Source: a virus
Lineage: Duplodnaviria; Caudoviricetes
IMG/VR virus record: IMGVR_UViG_3300021062_000021
Span: 1 to 51,678 of that record
Reading direction: 5' to 3' (one strand)
Length of the DNA: 51,678 nucleotides
The notes under the pieces are model-generated. The model did no database searches. It saw only the letters and a list, made by a program, of their open reading frames with translations, and was not told the origin of the DNA. The position numbers and the translations under genes are program-made. Positions 16,106 to 26,170 of this stretch are shown here, in pieces (the first letter of the stretch is position 1; each line of letters opens with the position of its first letter).

Positions 16106-17575
16106 ATGGGAACCCAGACAGCACAAAACCCTCTCCTCATCAGGAGCATTTCAGATTCGCTCTACGACTATGCGCTTTCATCTGCATACCGTAGCCCGTT
16201 CGTCTATGACCCCAGCTTTGCCCTCTACCGCACCCCGGATGTCTGGGAGATCGTGCGAAACGATGTGAGCTTTACCGCCAGCTTTGAGCGGTACTGCAAC
16301 AACGTGACAAAGCCTTGGCACGTCGAACCCCCAAAGAACAGCAAGGCAAAGACCAAGAACGGCAATACCTCCGACTACAAGAAGGATCAGCAGCTCTCGG
16401 GGATCGTGGAAGACGCCATCGGCCAGATCTTCGGCTTTGATGATTCCCGGTGGATTCTCAGCGAAGCGGCATTCATCGCCAGACGCTACGCATTCATCGA
16501 AAGCGATCGGCGTAGTATCAGCCTGGACGGCACCCAGGAAATGGATTGGATTATCCCGACCTTTATCAAAGACGTGGACCGCAGACGGTTCCGGTGGGTG
16601 CCGACGACTACGCAAAGCACGTCCGTTGCCGATCAGAAGCGGACCACGCATCTATCCTTCTTCAACAGCATTTCCAATCAGTGGGAGGACGTGTCCGCAC
16701 CCTTCCGAAATGCCCTGATCGAATACATCTGGTACAACACGGAAGACCGCGTGGGCTACGGGCGTGGGTGGCAAGAGCCCATCTACTTTGCCCATTACAT
16801 GAAGACCGGGACGATCCAGAAGGTGGCTGACGGCATTGACCGATGGTCCAAGGGGATCTGGTTGGTGAAGCTGGATGGCCTACGGAACTCCTCCACGGAC
16901 AAGACGAATGCGGACCTTCTCGCTGGCGCAAAGACCATGATTCAGACCATGCGAAGCGAGAATATCGGCGTCATGGAGAGCGTGGACGATATCCAAGTTG
17001 TGGAGTCCACCGGGACGGGTCACGAAATGGGCATGTCCTTCATCGACTACTGGGATAACGGGGTAGAGCGTCTCGTAAACGGTTCGACCAGGCCCGCTGG
17101 CCTTGGTGGTCAGAAGACTGGAGCTCGCGCCCAGAGCGAGACGGAAGAAGAAACCAGCGAGGCACACTATCAGCCGGCACGCGATAGGGTTGATGCTGTG
17201 CTCAACCGGGATCTGGTGGGGTGGTTCCTGTCTCAGCCGCTCAATCAGCAGAATATTAGGAAACTGGGGCTTGAGAAGGCCAAGCGGCCCGTTTACCATA
17301 CTAGGCAGGAGAAGAAGCAGACGATTGCGGATGTGGTGCAAAGCGCTGAGCTTTTCCTTGATCGTGGACTTCCACTCGAAGAACAAGAGCTTTACGAGCG
17401 TTGCGGCGGCTGGAGCGTGCCCAGCGAGGATAGCAAGACGGTAACCGGTCAGATGATGATGAAGCAGGGAGATATGATCGGGGACTTCGGGAACGCCGAA
17501 GAGATCAATACCAAGGCAGAGAAAGCCGCCGCTGCCGATCGCAAGGCGAAGCAGAAGCCTCCTGCGAAGAAATAG
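16106..17575 (+). CDS. Portal protein (Mu gp29/DUF935-like)
   Basis: Position after terL, 489 aa, GYGRG and LNRDLV segments. Confidence 0.8.
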   Translation: MGTQTAQNPLLIRSISDSLYDYALSSAYRSPFVYDPSFALYRTPDVWEIVRNDVSFTASFERYCNNVTKPWHVEPPKNSKAKTKNGNTSDYKKDQQLSGIVEDAIGQIFGFDDSRWILSEAAFIARRYAFIESDRRSISLDGTQEMDWIIPTFIKDVDRRRFRWVPTTTQSTSVADQKRTTHLSFFNSISNQWEDVSAPFRNALIEYIWYNTEDRVGYGRGWQEPIYFAHYMKTGTIQKVADGIDRWSKGIWLVKLDGLRNSSTDKTNADLLAGAKTMIQTMRSENIGVMESVDDIQVVESTGTGHEMGMSFIDYWDNGVERLVNGSTRPAGLGGQKTGARAQSETEEETSEAHYQPARDRVDAVLNRDLVGWFLSQPLNQQNIRKLGLEKAKRPVYHTRQEKKQTIADVVQSAELFLDRGLPLEEQELYERCGGWSVPSEDSKTVTGQMMMKQGDMIGDFGNAEEINTKAEKAAAADRKAKQKPPAKK

Positions 17576-17770
17576 ATGCCCGACACTTTCAAAATCGGCG
17601 GCATCGAGCATCGCAAGGGCGAGAAGTGCAAGTCCTGCTTCAATGGCTTCCCGTACAACTGCACTCGCTGTGATGGGTATATCCATGGCCATCAACTTCA
17701 ACATGGCGCTTCCATGGCCGTCGAAAGCGCTTGCGATATTTGTGGCGAGAAGTGGGCTCAAAAGGGTTGA
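17576..17770 (+). CDS. Small Zn-finger protein
   Basis: CKSC, CTRC, CDIC. Confidence 0.6.
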   Translation: MPDTFKIGGIEHRKGEKCKSCFNGFPYNCTRCDGYIHGHQLQHGASMAVESACDICGEKWAQKG

Positions 17771-17795
17771 CAATTCGCATTTGTGCGAATAGGAT
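17767..17795 (+). promoter_or_regulatory. Strong sigma70 promoter with a palindromic operator in the spacer
   Basis: TTGACA-17-TAGGAT; ATTCGCA-TTTG-TGCGAAT. Confidence 0.75.
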
Positions 17796-17826
17796 TCTTT
17801 AAGTAACTGAACGTTCTTTCACGACA

Positions 17827-17923
17827 CTCGCCCCGGCTGATCCCCGGGTTGAGAATACTGACGCGCCAATAATAGCGGCATTCGGGTGCCCGACACATCC
17901 GAGTGCCGCTTTTTTATTGGTGC
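17827..17923 (+). terminator. Leader RNA: CTGATCC-loop hairpin plus long intrinsic-terminator hairpin
   Basis: CTCGCCCCGG/CCGGGTTGAG; AGCGGCATTCGGGTG/CATCCGAGTGCCGCT followed by a T-tract. Confidence 0.7.
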
Positions 17924-18049
17924 AGCGAGGACGGAGGACGAGCACCATGGCCAGAGGCGCGGCACACGAAGCGTCAAGTAAGACTCGTCCTCGTATTTGC
18001 CGCCTCTGCCTCGCCTCTGTTCACGGTGCTTGAGACTTCAGGAGGATAG

Positions 18050-18400
18050 ATGACCCACGAACATAAGGACAAGGAACCAGAGGATCTCGCCATTGAAGCC
18101 TACATGGACCAGCTCACGAAGAGCGTTGAAGCGCCCACCAACGACGAACGCAAAGCCCGATACTACCAGCGGTATGAGTTCATCAAGGGGGAGGCAAAGC
18201 GGTTGCAGATGGACCGCGAAGAGATCGAAGCGGGGAGCTCCAAGCAGAAGGAGCAGCTTCTTTCGAGCGTAAGAACCGCCTTTACGGAGAACTACAGGTC
18301 CAGGAAGAACATCGTCACGGAACTCCGCAAGCTGGGGGAGAAGATCACGGATCCTTTTATCCCAGAGAACTCCGTCTTCACACCGGAGCCGAAGGCGTGA
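18050..18400 (+). CDS. Hypothetical coiled-coil protein
   Basis: AGGAGG RBS. Confidence 0.7.
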   Translation: MTHEHKDKEPEDLAIEAYMDQLTKSVEAPTNDERKARYYQRYEFIKGEAKRLQMDREEIEAGSSKQKEQLLSSVRTAFTENYRSRKNIVTELRKLGEKITDPFIPENSVFTPEPKA

Positions 18401-19182
18401 TGCAGCTACGGGAGGGAGCCTGGGCCAGCGAGGCGTGCTACATCATCGGCGGTGGAGCATCTCTCAAGGGCTTTGACTTCTCTCGTCTCAAGAACAAGAA
18501 GAACAAGATCGCTATCAACCGTGCCTGGAAAGACGTCTACGACGCGGATATCTGGTTCTCAGAAGACCATAGGGTAATCACAGATCTCTGGGGAGCAGAT
18601 CCGATGTTTCAGGCATTCAAGGGTCTGAAAGTTCTGCACGCCCTATCACCTCAGTGTGCCGATGAGGCCCTCGCAGTGGATCCGACGCTGACCGTGATTC
18701 GTCGCAAGCGGGAGGACAAGTATTGGAGTCGCCACTTTCGAGATGGCCTTTCGATGTCCAGTTGTAGCGGAGTAGGGGCCATCAATATCGCCTATCTGCT
18801 GGGGGCCGAGCCGATCTACCTACTTGGCTTTGACTGCCGCACGGATGGCAACTACGTCCAGAATTACCACGATGACTACAAGCAAAAGGGATGGGACTGG
18901 ATGGTAGGTGGCAACAAAGCGGATGACTTCAAGAGCGATATGGAGCTCTGGGTGGCGATACACACTAGGGACCGCAAGATCATCAACCTCGTCAATCCGG
19001 CGCTTGAATCGGCCATCGAGTGTTGGCCCAAGGAGTTTCTGAATTGGGGGCTGTGCGACAAACACGAAGGCATGTATCGGGATATGTCGGGTGCCATTAT
19101 CTGTAAGCACTGCGGATACATGCCGACCGGTAATGTCCCGCCTCAAATGGTCATTGAGGCTGATAGGAATCTCGGATGCTGA
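18397..19182 (+). CDS. DUF115/MptE-like (Maf/sialyltransferase-like fold) putative glycosyltransferase
   Basis: YIIGGGASL, IAINRA, SGVGAINIAYLLGAEPIYLLGFD. Confidence 0.75.
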   Translation: MMQLREGAWASEACYIIGGGASLKGFDFSRLKNKKNKIAINRAWKDVYDADIWFSEDHRVITDLWGADPMFQAFKGLKVLHALSPQCADEALAVDPTLTVIRRKREDKYWSRHFRDGLSMSSCSGVGAINIAYLLGAEPIYLLGFDCRTDGNYVQNYHDDYKQKGWDWMVGGNKADDFKSDMELWVAIHTRDRKIINLVNPALESAIECWPKEFLNWGLCDKHEGMYRDMSGAIICKHCGYMPTGNVPPQMVIEADRNLGC

Positions 19183-19865
19183 AAGTCGTCGCCTTCTATA
19201 CGAACGACTTCTACTACGGCAAGTCCATCGACCTATCCCATTCACTGAATCGCTGTGGGGTCACTTATGAAATCAAGAAAGTCCAAGGCCCGCAAACATG
19301 GGCGGAAGCCGTCAGCTACAAGCCACGCTTCATCCTCGATCAAATGCTCTCGAGTTCCTGTGAGCGCATCCTTTACACCGACGTGGACAGCAAGCTGCTC
19401 CGAAACCTCCCGGCCAGTGACCTTAACGGTGACGTTTCGTTGGTCCGGTGGCAAAGGTCCCCGCATCACGAAGAAGAGGCGCTGACCGGAACGCTGTGCT
19501 TCAGGAACACCATGGAGGTCCGCGCCTTCATCCTTGAGTGGGCAGAGGCTACTGAGAAATACAGGCACTCCTTCACTCCAGAGCAGCACAGCCTTAAGGA
19601 AGTCATGGCCACCAGCAAGCTGAACTTTCAATTCCTCCCGCCTGAGTGGTGCTTCATCTTCGATGACATGAGGGAGATGTATCCAGATGCCCAGCCGATC
19701 TTTGAGCACTACCAAGCGAGCCGGGAATACCGGTCGCTTGAAGAAAGGAAGGCGAAGGGTAAGGCGGAAGTGCCCGACATGCAAGGGGAAGGGTTTTCTC
19801 CTAGATCAATGGGAAATCCGGCCGAATGGTCCAACTCGAGAGGGACCAGAGGGGCTTCTAGGTGA
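19176..19865 (+). CDS. Nucleotide-diphospho-sugar transferase (GT-A)
   Basis: VVAFYT, YKPRFI, ILYTDVD, LPPEWCFIFD, HYQASR. Confidence 0.8.
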   Translation: MLKVVAFYTNDFYYGKSIDLSHSLNRCGVTYEIKKVQGPQTWAEAVSYKPRFILDQMLSSSCERILYTDVDSKLLRNLPASDLNGDVSLVRWQRSPHHEEEALTGTLCFRNTMEVRAFILEWAEATEKYRHSFTPEQHSLKEVMATSKLNFQFLPPEWCFIFDDMREMYPDAQPIFEHYQASREYRSLEERKAKGKAEVPDMQGEGFSPRSMGNPAEWSNSRGTRGASR

Positions 19866-20575
19866 GTACATCTTTTGGTAGCTACACCGCAAACAGCAGC
19901 CTCAATTGCTGGGTGGTTTTCCCAAGTGCCATTACGACCAGGGCAAACGCCGCTGTTGATGCATGGGCCGCTCAGGGCTATCACACGCTGGTTTATCAGG
20001 ACATGGGAGCCCAGCCCTGCGTTGCTGATGTTGTCCGCTTCGGGAACTTCCCCGGCTACTACAAGATCATCAACCACTTGGTTGAAGATGCTCTCTGCGA
20101 GGGTGCGGACGTCATTACTTGCGCTGGGGACGATATGCTCCCTGATCCGCAGGCCACCGCCCAAGACATCGGCCAGTACTACCTGAAAGTCTTTCCTAGA
20201 GGCGAAGGAGTTCTCCAGGCTTGCGGGGATAGACAAGGCATGGATAGCCGAGGCGTGCCGGCTGCGGAGCGTATCTGCGGAAGCCCCACGTTCGGGAGGG
20301 AATGGATTTTCCGCAGTTACGAGGGAAGGGGCCCGCTTTGGTCTGGATACCACAGCTTCTACGCTGATGAGGATCTGAAGGAAGTTGCCGAGAAGCTTGG
20401 CCTCCTCTGCATGGCTAGGCAATTCACGTTCCTTCATAAGCACTGGTCTTGGGGGCACATGTCCCGGCAGAGCTACCAGCAAAGAAACAGCGATAGCTAC
20501 TGGGACAAGGACGCTGCTCTCTTCTCAAGTCGCAAAGCAAGCGGCTTTCCCGACAGTGGATTGCTCTCGATATGA
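19862..20575 (+). CDS. GT2-like glycosyltransferase
   Basis: CAGDDMLP; YADEDL; H.HW C-terminal motif. Confidence 0.7.
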   Translation: MSTSFGSYTANSSLNCWVVFPSAITTRANAAVDAWAAQGYHTLVYQDMGAQPCVADVVRFGNFPGYYKIINHLVEDALCEGADVITCAGDDMLPDPQATAQDIGQYYLKVFPRGEGVLQACGDRQGMDSRGVPAAERICGSPTFGREWIFRSYEGRGPLWSGYHSFYADEDLKEVAEKLGLLCMARQFTFLHKHWSWGHMSRQSYQQRNSDSYWDKDAALFSSRKASGFPDSGLLSI

Positions 20576-21327
20576 ACACGGCGCTTTCCGTCTTCTGGCC
20601 GATCTCCAACAACTTCGGGGATCTGATCGGCAAGTACATCGTTGAGAAGATGACTGGACGCAAGGTTGTCTACGCCGAGTCTCAGGCTGACTATGAGCAT
20701 TACATCTTTGGCGGGTCTGTTCTGAATCACGGGGGGCCTAAGTCCATTGTCTGGGGCGCTGGCCTTGGAACCCTTACTGATGGCGTCAACACTGCAATGA
20801 GGATCTGCGCTGTTCGTGGACCTTACAGCCGCGGACGGGCAATGGCGTGCGGTGCTTATGCACCGAAGGTCTACGGGGATCCAGGAATGCTCCTGCCCAG
20901 ATTCTACCAACCTACCTCTAAGCGCCAACATGCGATTGGCGTTGTGCCGCATTACGTTGATCAGTTCAGGGCCTACGACAGATACGACGGCCTAAAGATC
21001 ATCGACGTCTTCCAGCCTATTGAAGCCGTCATTGAAGAAATCAATTCCTGCGAACGCATTTTCTCGAGCTCGCTTCACGGCATTGTGGTTGCCCATGCCT
21101 ACGGGATTCCCGCTACATGGGTGAAGATCAGCGATAGCATCGGTGGTGACGGCACGAAGTTCAGGGATTACTTCGCCAGCGTTGGAATGGACGTGCCGCA
21201 ACCGATCGACATCCGCAATTCCATCAATATTCCCAGCATTTCAAGCGAAGTTCCCACGATCAATACAGACGCTTTCTGGGGAACTTGCCCGATTCCTGCT
21301 GAGTTCAGGAAGCCTGAATACAGATGA
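20572..21327 (+). CDS. Polysaccharide pyruvyl transferase family protein
   Basis: NNFGDL, GGSVL, VRGPYS, GDPG, SSSLHGIVVAHAYGIP, KFRDY. Confidence 0.9.
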   Translation: MNTALSVFWPISNNFGDLIGKYIVEKMTGRKVVYAESQADYEHYIFGGSVLNHGGPKSIVWGAGLGTLTDGVNTAMRICAVRGPYSRGRAMACGAYAPKVYGDPGMLLPRFYQPTSKRQHAIGVVPHYVDQFRAYDRYDGLKIIDVFQPIEAVIEEINSCERIFSSSLHGIVVAHAYGIPATWVKISDSIGGDGTKFRDYFASVGMDVPQPIDIRNSINIPSISSEVPTINTDAFWGTCPIPAEFRKPEYR

Positions 21328-21818
21328 GTATCAGCCGCGAAGTCTTGTCGAAGTACATCACGCCTGGATGTGTGTTCATTGAGACTGGGACGCGCTGGGG
21401 AGACACAGCCATCAAAGCGGCAGAACTGGGGGCCGGAACGGTTCACACATGTGAAATTGATCCAATGATGGCTGGTATAGCGAAGTCGCATATCGCTGAT
21501 GCTGTACCAGGTAAGAAGGTGTTCGTTTATGACATTCCCTCCACCAAACTTCTCTGCAACTCCTATCCAGGCTTCGAAAGTACCACGGTGATTTATCTGG
21601 ATGCCCATACCGATGCATCATCGGAGGTGCTTATGGAGCTTCACTGGATATTTACGTGGCAAGTGAAGCCAGCGGTCATCTTGATTGATGATATGCGGTG
21701 CATGCAAGGTTGGGGCATTGACGTGGATACCCTATGTGTAAAGCTCTGTGAGATGGGCTACACCTTGAAGAGAGAGAATGGCGTTGCCCCAGAAGACATT
21801 CTGGTGGCCCAGCGATGA
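21324..21818 (+). CDS. Class I SAM-dependent methyltransferase
   Basis: FIETGT..G, YLDAH, ILIDDMR. Confidence 0.8.
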   Translation: MSISREVLSKYITPGCVFIETGTRWGDTAIKAAELGAGTVHTCEIDPMMAGIAKSHIADAVPGKKVFVYDIPSTKLLCNSYPGFESTTVIYLDAHTDASSEVLMELHWIFTWQVKPAVILIDDMRCMQGWGIDVDTLCVKLCEMGYTLKRENGVAPEDILVAQR

Positions 21819-22696
21819 ACGTTGTTGCCTACTCCTACTTCCGCCACCAGAACTCTGCTTACGAGTCGGAGCGTGCCGGCGCGGGCCGTGGACGCTTCTT
21901 CGTGAACTACATCCGCGCTATCGTTCGTGGGCACCATGCGGTCTATCCAGACTGGGCGATGTGGATCTACCACGACGATCGCGTAACCGAATACGAGAAC
22001 TGGCCCATTCTCAAGAAGTGGGAGGAAGCGGGGCTGTTCAGGCTGATCTACATGGGGAAGGCAAACCGCCTATGCGAATCCATGCTATGGCGGATGCTGC
22101 CGATTTGGACTACTTCCGTGGAGCGGTTGATCTGCCGTGACGTGGACTCCCTCTCGACACCCAGGGAGCGCAAGGCCATTGACCGCTGGGTGCACTCTGG
22201 AAAGGCGGTTTCATCGCTCCACGATAGCGTTTCACACAGCGGTGACATCCTCATGGGCGGAATGGTGGCATTTCGGACCGAGTGGGTGAGTTATCGCATT
22301 CATTCATGGCAGGAGATGATTAAGAGGGCTGAAGGATTCGGCATCGATCTGGATCAGCACGGCTCCGACCAGCAGCTTCTAAACGCTTTGATCTACCCTG
22401 CCGCCGCTGCTGCTGGCGAGATCGTGAGTGAGGATAAGGCAAGTCTGGGCCCGCGGGATCACCCGATCGATCAGCTTACCGCGCACATCGGCGGGGCCTA
22501 TCACGTTGACCCTTGCGTGAAGTGGTTTAGCGAGAATAGGTCTTACTGCCCGAGATTGGATGACATCGAATCATGTGAGGCATGGCCAAAAGCCGTAGCC
22601 CTAGGAAAGCAGTGGCCATCCTTGGTGGACAGGATTAAGGAGCATATGGAACTTGGGAATAGTGGGGATATTCTTCCGCCAGTTAGTGGGGGCTAA
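21815..22696 (+). CDS. Putative glycosyltransferase-like protein
   Basis: MLWRML, ICRDVDS..T.RE, H...LMGGM, DQQLL. Confidence 0.6.
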   Translation: MNVVAYSYFRHQNSAYESERAGAGRGRFFVNYIRAIVRGHHAVYPDWAMWIYHDDRVTEYENWPILKKWEEAGLFRLIYMGKANRLCESMLWRMLPIWTTSVERLICRDVDSLSTPRERKAIDRWVHSGKAVSSLHDSVSHSGDILMGGMVAFRTEWVSYRIHSWQEMIKRAEGFGIDLDQHGSDQQLLNALIYPAAAAAGEIVSEDKASLGPRDHPIDQLTAHIGGAYHVDPCVKWFSENRSYCPRLDDIESCEAWPKAVALGKQWPSLVDRIKEHMELGNSGDILPPVSGG

Positions 22697-22698
22697 AC

Positions 22699-23538
22699 TT
22701 GAACTACGCCATCATCGCCACGAACCAGAGTCAGTCCTATGACTTCTTCGCACCAATCACTACGCTGTTCTGGAAGGAAGTCGTTGGCTTCGGAACGATC
22801 TGCTTCCTGACAGATACCGAGAAGGAATGGGCGAATCCTGCGGCATCGCTCGTCAAGGCCAAGACTGCGGAGGCGGGGGCTAAGGTGTTCCACATCGGTA
22901 CGCTAGAGGGCTACCAGAACGCTCAGGCCGCTCAGTCCTCCAGGCAGCACGCCGCTGCCCTAGACTTCCCGGAAGATGATGTCTTCGTTACCGGGGACAT
23001 CGACATGTGGAGCCTGGACCGAGAATGGTTCAGGCAGCACGACCCAGCTAAGTGGGACTTCACGAGCTGGTACGCCAATGCCTACGGGTGGCCCCATCCT
23101 CCCTTCCATCCAACACCGTACATCGCAGCAACGGTCAAGAAGTGGCGGGAGGTGGTTGGGCTTGAGGTCCGCGGCGAGATTCTGACTCAAATGCAGGCCA
23201 ACTTCGATCGCACTTTGACGCGGGACGCTTCGACGTGGCTTTCGTGGTGGCATGACGAACTCTTCTTCAATTCGAAGCTTAAGGCATGGGACGGCTATCC
23301 GGATCGGGTGCAGATGATTACCCGAGAAGGCCAGCCGCCCCATGACCGTATTGACCGATGCGCTTGGCCTACCAGTTTCGATTGGTCCAGGAAGTGGGTT
23401 GATACCCATCTGATTCGCCCTGCGGCAACTCAGGAAAACTGGCCTCGGGTTCGGCCGCTTGTGGAGCACTACATTCCGCAACATCTCGCGTGGGTTGATG
23501 AATACGTGTCGCTCTATCAGAGGGCTAAGTATGGCTAA
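22699..23538 (+). CDS. Putative glycosyltransferase-like protein
   Basis: Y.FF.P.T..W, Q.SR, VTGDIDM (DxD), WHDE, RIDR, DTH..RP. Confidence 0.6.
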   Translation: MNYAIIATNQSQSYDFFAPITTLFWKEVVGFGTICFLTDTEKEWANPAASLVKAKTAEAGAKVFHIGTLEGYQNAQAAQSSRQHAAALDFPEDDVFVTGDIDMWSLDREWFRQHDPAKWDFTSWYANAYGWPHPPFHPTPYIAATVKKWREVVGLEVRGEILTQMQANFDRTLTRDASTWLSWWHDELFFNSKLKAWDGYPDRVQMITREGQPPHDRIDRCAWPTSFDWSRKWVDTHLIRPAATQENWPRVRPLVEHYIPQHLAWVDEYVSLYQRAKYG

Positions 23539-23770
23539 AGTCGGGGACATCGTTCTGTACAAGCCGCACAAGGAAGATCCGAAGTTCAAGAACGTCGGGC
23601 ATCGTCCGATCCTGCCGGCCGTGGTGGTTAAGGTCTGGGATGCCGTGGAGGATCTCCAGGTTCTTCCCACGATGGATGTGAACGTGCTTCAGGACGCGCA
23701 GACGCCTTTGACCTTCGTCCCGTTCGTGAAGCATGGGAACGAAGTTGGGCAGTGGAGTGAACGTGCCTAA
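23531..23770 (+). CDS. Small hypothetical protein (VGDIVLY..PAVV)
   Basis: Coupled ORF, SH3-like small phage family. Confidence 0.6.
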   Translation: MAKVGDIVLYKPHKEDPKFKNVGHRPILPAVVVKVWDAVEDLQVLPTMDVNVLQDAQTPLTFVPFVKHGNEVGQWSERA

Positions 23771-24395
23771 CGTACAGAAAGAACCTGGGATCTGGGTCTT
23801 GGACATCATGGGCGGATGCCCCATGGTGGTCGATCCGCAGAAGCCGCACCTGGGCGGCAACATGGACGGCGGCGATAGTGCCACGGACTTCTCTGGCGAC
23901 TTGTTCCCGTGGCTTATAAAGACCTTTTCCATTACGAGTGTGCTGGATGTTGGGTGTGCCCAAGGACACGCCCTCCATGCATTCAAGTCGCTCGGCGTCA
24001 GCCAGCTCCTAGGGATCGAGGGGTTGGCCTACAACGCCAAGCACTGCAAGGTGCCGGTCATCGTCCATGACCTGACCACTGGACCTCTCACCGTAGAGGG
24101 CTATGACTTCGTGTGGTGCTCAGACGTTGCGGAGCACATCGAAGAAAAGTACGTCGGCAATCTCCTTCAGACTCTAGCCAGCGGCAAGATCGTGGCGATG
24201 GCTCAGGGTGGCCCTGAGATGGGTCATAGTGGCTGGCACCACGTCAACAATCAGCCGGAAGCCTATTGGATCGAGAAGATGAAGTCTGTTGGGCTGATCA
24301 CGGACGAGGCTCTTACCGCAGAAGCCCGCAAGCAATCCTCTCGTGGGATCTGGCCTGAATACGGTCGTATCTACAGAAATATCAGGAAGACATGA
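23763..24395 (+). CDS. SAM-dependent methyltransferase
   Basis: VLDVGCAQG, HDLT, DVAEHI, GWHHVNNQ...YW. Confidence 0.85.
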   Translation: MPNVQKEPGIWVLDIMGGCPMVVDPQKPHLGGNMDGGDSATDFSGDLFPWLIKTFSITSVLDVGCAQGHALHAFKSLGVSQLLGIEGLAYNAKHCKVPVIVHDLTTGPLTVEGYDFVWCSDVAEHIEEKYVGNLLQTLASGKIVAMAQGGPEMGHSGWHHVNNQPEAYWIEKMKSVGLITDEALTAEARKQSSRGIWPEYGRIYRNIRKT

Positions 24396-24886
24396 ACAGG
24401 CAAGACCTAGGCTATGGCAGCCACGTTCCAATCCTTGCCGCCGCCGTGGCACGTACGAGCGGCCCTGTTATTGAGCTCGGTACTGGGTGGTGGTCAACTC
24501 CCATGCTCCATATGCTCTGCAAGGGCCGGTATCTGCTGAGCTTGGAGACGGAGCCTGGGTGGCTGGCAAACTTTCAGTTCATGCAGTCTCCAAACCACAT
24601 CGTCAGGCAAGTTGATGACTGGTGGAAGGAAAAGGACATTGACGAAAAGGAATGGGCTGTTGCCTTCGTAGACAGCCACCCTGGGGAGATGCGCCCTGGT
24701 CTTGCACTTCGCCTGAAGGAGCGGACGCGGTTTATTGTGGCCCACGATACCGAAGCGGACATCCCGCCTTCAGGGGGGAATTACGGCTGGGCCAATCTCA
24801 AGGGACGCTTCAAGTACGAGGTCATCTACAAAGAGGTTCGGCCTTGGACCACGATCTACTCAGACCATGAGGAGTTCAAGCTCTAG
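24392..24886 (+). CDS. SAM-dependent methyltransferase
   Basis: GPVIELGTG..ST, FVD, IVAHDTE. Confidence 0.75.
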   Translation: MNRQDLGYGSHVPILAAAVARTSGPVIELGTGWWSTPMLHMLCKGRYLLSLETEPGWLANFQFMQSPNHIVRQVDDWWKEKDIDEKEWAVAFVDSHPGEMRPGLALRLKERTRFIVAHDTEADIPPSGGNYGWANLKGRFKYEVIYKEVRPWTTIYSDHEEFKL

Positions 24887-25587
24887 TGCGTGATCGGGCT
24901 ATCGTCTCCTGCTGCTACTCCCCGCAGAACTTCGGGTATTACAACTCCTACGCTGATCGCTTGGAGCGAAGCCTAGACGAGTTCGGGAAGGATGCCGATC
25001 GGATCATCTGGCGGAAAGAGTGGCCTCCCGGTTGTCCTCCCCATGAGGCGTTCCCATATGCCTTTAAGTTCTACGCCGTTAAGGACGCTTTCGAGAGGGG
25101 CTATCGATACGTGATGTGGCTGGATGCTGGAACGCAGGCCATTGCACCTATCGAATCCCTGTGGGAGCGCATTACGGACTACGGCTACGTGCTTCTCATG
25201 GGCACCGACCCTCTTGGCAGGTGGATCAGCGACTATGCACTACAGCACTTCGGATATACGAGGGAGAAAGCCAAGGAGATGAGGCTGGCTGGCGGTTGCC
25301 TTGTCGGGCTCGACTCCAAAAACCTCAAGGCGGGGGAGTTCTACGCCACTTGGGGAGAGATCGTTAGGGACAGGAAACTCCTGATGGGAGCGAATCGCAA
25401 GCCCATGCAGTGCGGGAATGTGATGCGTTCTCTGATGCTCTCGGATGCTGACGATTCTGTTATCTCCACCGATCCAACTGTTGAGGGGCATAGATCGGAT
25501 GAGTCCTGCTTCTCCCTTGTAATGGACAAGCTGCGAATGGAGCCGATTACATACGACCAGTGGAGCAGAGTTTGCAAGACCTACTGA
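24886..25587 (+). CDS. Putative glycosyltransferase (GT34/GT-A-like)
   Basis: PYAFKFYA, YVMWLDA, GHRSDES. Confidence 0.65.
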   Translation: MRDRAIVSCCYSPQNFGYYNSYADRLERSLDEFGKDADRIIWRKEWPPGCPPHEAFPYAFKFYAVKDAFERGYRYVMWLDAGTQAIAPIESLWERITDYGYVLLMGTDPLGRWISDYALQHFGYTREKAKEMRLAGGCLVGLDSKNLKAGEFYATWGEIVRDRKLLMGANRKPMQCGNVMRSLMLSDADDSVISTDPTVEGHRSDESCFSLVMDKLRMEPITYDQWSRVCKTY

Positions 25588-25588
25588 C

Positions 25589-26170
25589 ATGAACATTCAG
25601 ATTATCGACAACCACAGCGTAGCGGTGGATCTCCTCAAGGGTGGTCCAGTGCTAGATGCCGGGGCCAGAGGATTCAGGTTCGCTAGGTGGTTCGCGGAAC
25701 GTGGGCATAGAGTCGTTGCATTAGACCCAGCTCCAGACATGTCCGACCCAAAGATAGATAGAGTGCATTTCTATAACGTTGGGTTAGTTGCAACGGAAGA
25801 GCGGGATGGGACTTGGTATCACGTCGAATGCGATGACAAAGAGGCCAGCTACATAACAAGGGCCAGAACCAACTGCCTTGCTGGCGTTGTGGACATTCGA
25901 TCCTTCCAGCTTGGACAATGGGACTTGGTTAAGCTCAACATCGAAGGCTCAGAATACGACATCCTAGACAACTGGCCCGGTCCGATCGCCAACCAAATCG
26001 TCTTCAGCTTCCACGAGCACACGGACCGCAAGCGGGGCCGTGAAGAGTGCGACCGCATCATCGATAAGCTGCGCCAGTGGTACGACATTCACAATCAAGT
26101 CTGGGAACCTAGGTACTGCACCTACGCGAACTACTGGGACGTCCTTGCCATCAAGAAGGGGTTAGCATGA
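25589..26170 (+). CDS. FkbM-family methyltransferase
   Basis: VLDAG, DLVKLNIEGSEY, QI..SFH. Confidence 0.8.
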   Translation: MNIQIIDNHSVAVDLLKGGPVLDAGARGFRFARWFAERGHRVVALDPAPDMSDPKIDRVHFYNVGLVATEERDGTWYHVECDDKEASYITRARTNCLAGVVDIRSFQLGQWDLVKLNIEGSEYDILDNWPGPIANQIVFSFHEHTDRKRGREECDRIIDKLRQWYDIHNQVWEPRYCTYANYWDVLAIKKGLA

